From NCBI GenBank assembly GCA_036479435.1, contig JAZGFI010000190.1, positions 1-12,193 on the forward strand: 12,193 bases of DNA, in the 5' to 3' direction. A program made the translations under genes and the position numbers. The notes under the pieces were generated by a model, which saw only the letters and a program-made list of their open reading frames with translations, was not told where the DNA came from and searched no databases. Position 1 is the first letter of the stretch. Each line of letters starts with the position of its first letter. This document shows positions 6,054-12,193 of the stretch, piece by piece. Source of the stretch: Planctomycetota bacterium. GTDB taxonomy: Bacteria; Planctomycetota; GCA-002687715; DRQF01.

Positions 6054-7229
6054 ATGAGTGGCTCACAACGTGCGATTGAATCGGGGCCTGCGTTTGGCTG
6101 GCTACCGCTATTGCTTTTGGTGGTGGCGGTTGCCGCAGGTGCCTTTGCGGCGGCGAAGTTTCTCGGAGCGGATGAGGTTCCGGACCACGGGCTAAAAGCC
6201 GTGACGGCGCGCGGTGATCTCGCCAGTTCTGAGAAGACGATCATTGAGATCTTTGATCGCGGACGAAGGTCGGTGGTCAGTGTTGCGACGGCGCGCGTGG
6301 TGCGCGTGTCGCCGCGCTTCGGCGAGTCGCGCACGGTGGATACTCCGGACGGAGCGGGGACCGGCATTGTCTGGGATCGCGACGGACACATCGTCACCAA
6401 CTATCATGTGATTGAAGCGACGGGGTCGAGCCGACGGGGAATTCCGGCGCCGGTCCAAGACAAGATCACCGTACACTTGCCGGGGTTTCGGGAGCCCGTT
6501 ACGGCCCGAGTGACGGGAGTAGCGCCCGAATATGATCTGGCGGTGCTCAAAGTCGACATCAATGCTGCGAAGTTGTTTCCGATTGCCATCGGCGAAAGCA
6601 GCAGCCTCAAAGTTGGGCAGACCGCCGTCGCCATTGGCAACCCCTTTGGTCTTCCCCACACGCTGACGACCGGAGTGATTTCGGGACTTGGCCGGCAGAT
6701 CAAATCGCAAACGGACCGCGTCATCGAAGAGGTCATTCAGACCGATGCGGATATCAACAAAGGCAATTCCGGGGGGCCGTTACTGGATAGTGCCGGTCGC
6801 TTGATCGGCGTGAACACCGCGATCGCATCGACCAATAGTCGCAGCCCAGGAATCGGATTTGCCATCCCGGTCGATACCGTGAACTGGGTCGTGGCGCAGC
6901 TCATAGGCCACGGCGAGCTGAAGCGGGTGCAACTGGGTATCAATGCTATCGCGACCAGCATGCTGCGACCGATGCCTAAGATGGCGGGGATCTACGTGGC
7001 CGGCGTGATTGAAGGCTCACCCGCAGACCGCGCTGGACTGCAAGGGACGGTGATGGATCGCCAACGACGCGTGACGCGCGATGGCGACATCATTACGCAT
7101 GTGAATGGCACGCGGGTCTTGAGCAATAGTCAGCTGTTCTCAGCGCTGGAGATGGCGAGCCAAGACGGACGCCTTGATTTGAAGGTTTGGCGCCGCGGCA
7201 AGAGCCTGGAGCGCTCCGTCGAGCTTTAG
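6054..7229 (+). CDS. HtrA/DegP-family (S1C) trypsin-like serine protease with N-terminal membrane anchor and one PDZ domain
   Basis: Hydrophobic N-terminal segment; GTGIVWD..HIVTNYHVI (His), DLAVLK (Asp), GNPFG, IQTDADINKGNSGGPL (Ser); C-terminal PDZ-like GSPADRAGL..GDIITHVNG. Confidence 0.93.
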   Translation: MSGSQRAIESGPAFGWLPLLLLVVAVAAGAFAAAKFLGADEVPDHGLKAVTARGDLASSEKTIIEIFDRGRRSVVSVATARVVRVSPRFGESRTVDTPDGAGTGIVWDRDGHIVTNYHVIEATGSSRRGIPAPVQDKITVHLPGFREPVTARVTGVAPEYDLAVLKVDINAAKLFPIAIGESSSLKVGQTAVAIGNPFGLPHTLTTGVISGLGRQIKSQTDRVIEEVIQTDADINKGNSGGPLLDSAGRLIGVNTAIASTNSRSPGIGFAIPVDTVNWVVAQLIGHGELKRVQLGINAIATSMLRPMPKMAGIYVAGVIEGSPADRAGLQGTVMDRQRRVTRDGDIITHVNGTRVLSNSQLFSALEMASQDGRLDLKVWRRGKSLERSVEL

Positions 7230-7303
7230 TCGGGTGTCGTCAAACCCTACAAAGCAGACTTTGAACAAAAGGTGTATGGTTTGAGCGTCTGAATGAGGGC
7301 ACG

Positions 7304-7332
7304 AAAAGACCCGTCACGCAAACGCAACGGGT
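7304..7332 (-). terminator. Probable intrinsic terminator for rpmB
   Basis: On the - strand: ACCCGTTGCG-TTTG-CGTGACGGGT (10-bp stem with two G-U pairs) followed by CTTTT, ~60 nt after the rpmB stop. Confidence 0.55.
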
Positions 7333-7390
7333 GTTTCGACTAAGGGGTTCTGGTGGTCAGCGCTTTCCGCGCCAGGGGCGCAGAAATTGC

Positions 7391-7675
7391 CTACTTGCGG
7401 CGGGCCTTCGGCGGCTTGACGAGGCCAGCCTTCAGCAGCACCGGATAGGGGCCATCACGGTCGATGGTCTTCAAGGCGCGCGTCGTGAGGCGAACGGTCA
7501 CCCAGCGATTAAGCTCGGGAACGAAGATCCGCTTCTTTTGGAGGTTGGGCTTGAAGGTACGGAAGGTGATTCCCGTGGTATTCAGGCCGATACCGCCTTC
7601 TTTTTTGGGCTTACCGCGCCGAACGATCTTCTTACCCGTTTTCGGGCCAGCACCGGTGATTTGGCATTTCGCCAT
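7391..7675 (-). CDS. rpmB: 50S ribosomal protein L28
   Basis: MAKCQITG..RRGKPKKEGGIG..TGITFRTFKPNLQKKRIFVPELNRWVTVRLTTRALKTIDR matches the L28 pattern (CxxTG, FxPNLQ, LKTI). Confidence 0.95.
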   Translation of the reverse strand: MAKCQITGAGPKTGKKIVRRGKPKKEGGIGLNTTGITFRTFKPNLQKKRIFVPELNRWVTVRLTTRALKTIDRDGPYPVLLKAGLVKPPKARRK

Positions 7676-7844
7676 GTCTTCGTCCTCAGAGCAGAGCGTT
7701 TGTTTCGGGCCGCGATCATAGCGAGCCGAGGAGGCCTTTCAAGGCCGAAGGCCCGGGCCCCAAAGGGCTCGTTGAGGTTGCCCCGAAGGTGGGCGACAGA
7801 GTTTAAGATGTTTGAAATTGAGTACTTAGGGACCTGACCATAGC

Positions 7845-9284
7845 GTGAAGAGTGCTGAGGAAACCCATCGTGAATCCCCCGACGAGGTGCTGGATCGGAT
7901 TCTGTCCGATCCCAGCTGCCGAGTGCATTTCGTGGGCCTCGCCGGAGCCGGAATGAGCGCCCTCGCCGAATTTAGGCTTCGGGGTGGCGGCGCGGTGTCC
8001 GGCTCTGACCGTTTTTTTGACCGGGGTGAGCTCAGCGACGAAAAGCGTCGCTTTGAGGACTTGGGCGCCAGGGTCTTAGTGCAAGACGGACGGGGAATCG
8101 CTTCGGCCGACATCGTGGCGGCGTCCACGGCCGTCGAGGCCGCGATTCCCGATCTGGTCGAGGCGCGCCGCTGCGAGCGCCCCATCTATCACCGGTCAGA
8201 AATCCTGGCCAGCTTCATTCGCAGAGGTCGCAGCGTCGCCGTCACGGGCACGAGTGGCAAGTCCACGGTCGTCGGCATGCTGTGGTCGGCTTTGCGCGCC
8301 GCGAAGGAAGACCCGGCCCTCATCACCGGCGGCGAGCTGATGGCCTTGCGCGGCCCCACGGCGCGCGGCAATGCAGCTGTTGGCAGCGGTCCTTTGATCG
8401 TTGAGGCCGACGAGAGTGATCGCAGCGTTTCGCGCTACGCGCCGTCTTTAGGTCTGATCTTGAATCTCCACAAAGACCATGCCCCGGCCGAAGAAATCCT
8501 GCCGGCGTTTAGGAGCTTCAAAGACCAATGCCGTGAGGCCTGCTTGCTAGGCGATGATCCGGCACTGCGCCCCTTGCGAGTCGGGGCCGAAGTCTTCGGT
8601 TTTGGCGAAGAAGCCGGGCTTCGCGGCCACAACTTGCAACTTGAGCCCTTCGGCAGCCGGTTCGAGTTTGAGGGCATTGAAGTCGCAGTGCCCATGCCTG
8701 GACGTCACAACGCCGAAAACGCGCTAGCCGCTCTGGCGGCGGCCAAAATGCTCGGGGCGGCGATGCCCGCCGTTTCGGTGGGATTGGAGTGCTTTGGCGG
8801 CATCCATCGCCGCTACGAAGTGGTGGGTGAAGCCGAAGGCGTGCTCGTCATCGACGACTTCGCCCACAATCCGGCCAAGATCGCCGCCAGCCTCAAAGCC
8901 GCAAGACGACAAGCCCGGGCCCGCGGCGGCAGGCTGCTCGCGATTTTCCAGCCTCACGGGTTCGCGCCCACCAAGTTCTATCGCAGTGAACTTGTTGAGG
9001 CTTTTGCCGAGATCTTGGACCCCGACGATCAGGCCTTTTTGCAAGAGATTTTCTTCGCCGGGGGCAGCGCGGTCAAAGACATCAGCTCTGCAGAAGTGAT
9101 CCATGACCTGCAGGATAGGGGGGTCAACGCCTCGTTGGGATCAACGCGCAAAGCTCTTTGCGAGAAACTGGCCAACACCGCCTTATCGGGTGACGTCGTT
9201 TTGAGCATGGGGGCCCGCGACCCCGGCCTGAACGGCTTCGCGCAGCAGATCTTCGAGCGGCTTTCGGTCGCAAACGAGGGCTGA
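7845..9284 (+). CDS. murC: Mur ligase of the MurC/Mpl family (UDP-N-acetylmuramate--L-alanine ligase-like)
   Basis: HFVGLAGAGMSALA (N-terminal Rossmann), GSD, AVTGTSGKST (P-loop), VEADESD, NLHKDH, GRHNAENALAA, DDFAHNPAKI, FQPHG. It could be a stand-alone MurC paralogue or Mpl-like recycling enzyme. Confidence 0.8.
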   Translation: MKSAEETHRESPDEVLDRILSDPSCRVHFVGLAGAGMSALAEFRLRGGGAVSGSDRFFDRGELSDEKRRFEDLGARVLVQDGRGIASADIVAASTAVEAAIPDLVEARRCERPIYHRSEILASFIRRGRSVAVTGTSGKSTVVGMLWSALRAAKEDPALITGGELMALRGPTARGNAAVGSGPLIVEADESDRSVSRYAPSLGLILNLHKDHAPAEEILPAFRSFKDQCREACLLGDDPALRPLRVGAEVFGFGEEAGLRGHNLQLEPFGSRFEFEGIEVAVPMPGRHNAENALAALAAAKMLGAAMPAVSVGLECFGGIHRRYEVVGEAEGVLVIDDFAHNPAKIAASLKAARRQARARGGRLLAIFQPHGFAPTKFYRSELVEAFAEILDPDDQAFLQEIFFAGGSAVKDISSAEVIHDLQDRGVNASLGSTRKALCEKLANTALSGDVVLSMGARDPGLNGFAQQIFERLSVANEG

Positions 9285-9295
9285 TAAAGTCCCGC

Positions 9296-9982
9296 ATGAC
9301 TGATCAAGAACTGCTTCCTTGCGCCGAGCTCGAACCCGAAAAAACCGCCACCGCCGCCGTCATTTGGTTGCATGGTCTGGGTGCCGACGGAAACGACTTT
9401 CTCGATGTGGTCCCGATGCTCGGCATCCCGAAGAACATCCCCACTCGCTTCGTCTTCCCCCACGCCCCGGTGCGGCCGGTGACCTTGAACATGGGCCATG
9501 AAATGCGGGCCTGGTACGACATCGAGATGATGGATGACAAGCGCCACTACCGCGACGACGACATCCTGCTGTCAAGCCGTCAAATCTACGCGCTTTTGGA
9601 CCGCGAAATCAAACGCGGCGTCGCTTCCGAACGCATCGTTTTGGCGGGATTTTCCCAGGGTGGAGCCATCGCCTTGCATGCTGGCCTGCGCTATCAGCAT
9701 CGCCTCGCGGGCTTGATGGCGTTATCGACCTACATGGTTCGCGACGACGAGATCGACGCCGAGCAATCTGACGCAAATCGTGAAGTAGCCGTGTTTCAGG
9801 CGCACGGGCAGTACGATCCGATGGTGCCCTTTGCCTGGGGCGAATCAGCCCGAGATCGCCTCATTTCTCTGGGGCATTCAGTCGAGTTCCACGCTTATCC
9901 GATGGAACACCAGGTGGTTCCCGAAGAGATCACTGCTATTGGCGACTTTTTGCGACGCCAACTGTCTGGAGCAAACGCATGA
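9296..9982 (+). CDS. Carboxylesterase/phospholipase (alpha/beta hydrolase, Abhydrolase_2 type)
   Basis: WLHGLGADG, FVFPHAP, MRAWYDI, GFSQGG nucleophile elbow, HGQYDPMVP (Asp), YPMEHQV (His). Confidence 0.92.
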   Translation: MTDQELLPCAELEPEKTATAAVIWLHGLGADGNDFLDVVPMLGIPKNIPTRFVFPHAPVRPVTLNMGHEMRAWYDIEMMDDKRHYRDDDILLSSRQIYALLDREIKRGVASERIVLAGFSQGGAIALHAGLRYQHRLAGLMALSTYMVRDDEIDAEQSDANREVAVFQAHGQYDPMVPFAWGESARDRLISLGHSVEFHAYPMEHQVVPEEITAIGDFLRRQLSGANA

Positions 9983-10527
9983 GTAGAGCCGATCGGCTAG
10001 TTTGGATTGACCTCGAAATGTCGGGTCTCGACCCCGAACGCTGCACGATTCTTGAGATCGCCACGATCGTCACCGACGGCAATCTGAAGGTCATCGCAAA
10101 TGGCCCCAATCTCGCCATCCACCAACCGAGTGATGTCTTGTTGTCGATGGACTCTTGGAACTGCGCTCAACACGCCAAAACCGGTTTGACCGAGCGGGTG
10201 AAAAAATCAGACTTAGGACTCTTCGGCGCCGAGTCGCAAACCCTGAAGTTTTTGAAAGAGCACATCGACGCCGGCGTGTCGCCTTTGTGCGGAAATAGTG
10301 TTCATCACGACCGCCTATTCATCAAACGCTACATGCCCGATCTCTCGAAGTTCCTCCACTACCGCCACATCGACGTGAGCACCGTCAAGGAACTCGCGCG
10401 CCGCTGGTACGGCGATGCCGCCAAGTACCAAAAACAAGGCAACCACATCGCCCTTAGCGACATCAAAGAGTCGATCGAAGAACTCCGCTTTTACCGCGAA
10501 AACTTCTTCAAGGGAGTCCCGGTCTAA
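9979..10527 (+). CDS. orn: Oligoribonuclease (DEDDh 3'-5' exonuclease)
   Basis: LVWIDLEMSGL, ILEIATIVTD, LCGNSVHHDR, HYRHIDVSTVKEL, HIALSDIKESIEELRFYR. ATGA overlap with the esterase stop suggests translational coupling. Confidence 0.96.
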   Translation: MSRADRLVWIDLEMSGLDPERCTILEIATIVTDGNLKVIANGPNLAIHQPSDVLLSMDSWNCAQHAKTGLTERVKKSDLGLFGAESQTLKFLKEHIDAGVSPLCGNSVHHDRLFIKRYMPDLSKFLHYRHIDVSTVKELARRWYGDAAKYQKQGNHIALSDIKESIEELRFYRENFFKGVPV

Positions 10528-10579
10528 CCCGCAACATTCGCGTCAGACGTTTTTCACTACCCATTGGTCGCCGGCGACG

Positions 10580-12193
10580 TCAGCCTTGGCGTGCCATGAA
10601 CCGCGCCGCGAGGCCTCCCAGCAGGTCATCTTCAGAAGCTCGTTTGCGTAAAGCCCGGCGCAGCTCTGGTTGATTCTCGCCGGTTAAAAACAACTCCGCG
10701 CGCAGAAAGCGCAAGAGCGCGCGACGCTCGGGCAACAGCCAGGTGTCATCGATCACAAGGTCGTTCGACTCCTCCAGGTAGGGGATCATCACGCGGCGTG
10801 TTTCGTCATCCAGTGAAACTAGCAAAGCGACCGCCCGCACTTTTTCGCCCGTCGCCAAAAGCAAGCCGACGGTAAAAGCCCGTGCTTCGTCATCAAGCCT
10901 GCCGAGGACATCGTCGCTCTCTTTTTGAACGGCGGCTTTTGAGGCGGCAAGCCCTGCGGCTCCGCCCCCGCCTTCCTCCAACTTCAAACGCAACAACAGC
11001 GTCTTGCGCATCGATACCGGTTCGTAGTTTGCCAGCTGGTCAGCCGAAAACTCTGCGGGGCGGGTCGCGACCAACAGGGCCCGATAAAGGCCCTCGGAAG
11101 GTTCCTCACCCAGAAGTGAAGTCATTAACGCATGCAAATCCGCGAGATTCGGAGGAAAGTCCGCGCGCTCGCGAACTCGTTCCCAGATCAAAAACAGGCG
11201 GGCAAACTCGCCCTCTTTGTGGGTGCTCAGCGCTTTGACAAAGGCCCCCGCCGCCGAACGCGGCTGCCCGAGCCGAAAGCCGTTTCGAAACCGCAGCTCA
11301 GTGGCCGCGGACGCGGCCTCGGCTCCAAGGTCATGGACCTTTGCAAGGTGCTTGTCGGAGCGGTCAAAGTCTTTGGCAAAGTGCGCCGCCATTCCCGCCA
11401 ATAGTTGAATCGCACTCGACGCCGGGTAACTCTCGAGGCCCTGGCTTAGAACCGCGGTGCCTTCGCGCGGCCCCAGGACTTTCACCAACAACTCACAGCT
11501 CAAAGCGTCGCTCAGGCCTTCGCGATGCCGAGTTTCATAGTCACAAATCAAGCGGGCTCGATCATCATGGCTTTGTCGCAAGCGCAAGACCTCGCGCCGA
11601 AACTCAGCTTCGGCCGGAAACTCCCCCGCCAACTCGAAACCAAAACGACCGGCGACTTTCGGCGACTCCGCAAAGGCCACAAAGTCGAGGGTGCGCAAGC
11701 GATCATCGCCGTCGAGGCCCGGCAAGCTCGCAATTTTCCTCGCGACGGAGGCGACTTCCATTGAGGTTCGCTGGTTGAGTTGCTCGGCCAGGGCTGCGGC
11801 CCAGCCGCCGCTTTGACGATCCAACACGCGATAGCGCCCGGCAACTAGACCGTCGATCTGATCCGACGGCGGCAAGACCAGGTCAAAGGCGTTGAACTGA
11901 ATGGCTGGGCGCCCGTGCCGGATGACCGCTTCGTTTTCGTAGGAGCGCGTGCCGTCTGCCTTCACATCGATGACGCGAACCACCAAGGGTGTTGCGCCGA
12001 GGACAGCGTAGACCTGAACAAGATCGGGACCACCCAGCTCAATCGTGGTCTGTTCGAGCAAGTTGCCTTCGCGATCGTAGGCGCTCATCTCGGTTTCGCC
12101 GCGGGCTAAACCTTGAAGGGTCTGCATTCCCCCGGGCTCAACATGCGCGCTTATCGCCCCAATCCTGAATTCGATCGGCACCGGAAGATCGTT
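10580..12193 (-). CDS. Hypothetical protein, 5' end outside the window; helical/TPR-like central region
   Basis: Frame stays open to the window edge (AAC GAT CTT CCG precedes the GTG at 12181). LESYPASSAIQLLAGMAAHFAKDFDRSDKHL resembles a TPR helix pair. No family recognised. Confidence 0.6.
   Translation of the reverse strand, partial: NDLPVPIEFRIGAISAHVEPGGMQTLQGLARGETEMSAYDREGNLLEQTTIELGGPDLVQVYAVLGATPLVVRVIDVKADGTRSYENEAVIRHGRPAIQFNAFDLVLPPSDQIDGLVAGRYRVLDRQSGGWAAALAEQLNQRTSMEVASVARKIASLPGLDGDDRLRTLDFVAFAESPKVAGRFGFELAGEFPAEAEFRREVLRLRQSHDDRARLICDYETRHREGLSDALSCELLVKVLGPREGTAVLSQGLESYPASSAIQLLAGMAAHFAKDFDRSDKHLAKVHDLGAEAASAATELRFRNGFRLGQPRSAAGAFVKALSTHKEGEFARLFLIWERVRERADFPPNLADLHALMTSLLGEEPSEGLYRALLVATRPAEFSADQLANYEPVSMRKTLLLRLKLEEGGGGAAGLAASKAAVQKESDDVLGRLDDEARAFTVGLLLATGEKVRAVALLVSLDDETRRVMIPYLEESNDLVIDDTWLLPERRALLRFLRAELFLTGENQPELRRALRKRASEDDLLGGLAARFMARQG

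Noticed and set aside
7733..7770. Short palindromes (GGCCTT-TC-AAGGCC; GGGCCC-CAAA-GGGCTC) in the divergent rpmB/murC intergenic region
   Set aside because: Short and GC-rich; cannot be assigned to an operator or RNA leader without comparative data.
1..12193. CRISPR array, tRNA/rRNA genes or a second VR
   Set aside because: No regularly spaced direct repeats, cloverleaf or rRNA-like sequence, or further TR-like copy was seen by eye.

Overview
The left 4.9 kb holds a complete diversity-generating retroelement (DGR). On the + strand are avd (57-449), a DGR-type reverse transcriptase (~436/469-1449), a template repeat (TR, ~1504-1622) and a highly structured spacer RNA (~1623-1808). On the - strand, converging on them, is a 1007-aa target gene (4906-1883) whose 3' end is the variable repeat (VR, ~2013-1895). 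By manual alignment, 15 of 18 TR/VR mismatches fall at TR adenines. The target has an NLR-like architecture: caspase-like protease with an intact His/Cys dyad, NACHT/STAND NTPase, and a C-terminal FGE-sulfatase/C-type-lectin-fold domain that is the hypermutated part. It is therefore a candidate immune or self/non-self receptor with a diversified sensor. The rest looks like ordinary chromosome: a 2OG-Fe(II) oxygenase, an HtrA-family protease, rpmB (L28 of PVC-like type), a MurC-family ligase, a carboxylesterase, orn, and a hypothetical protein cut off by the window edge. All alignments and folds were done by eye; no database searches were run.
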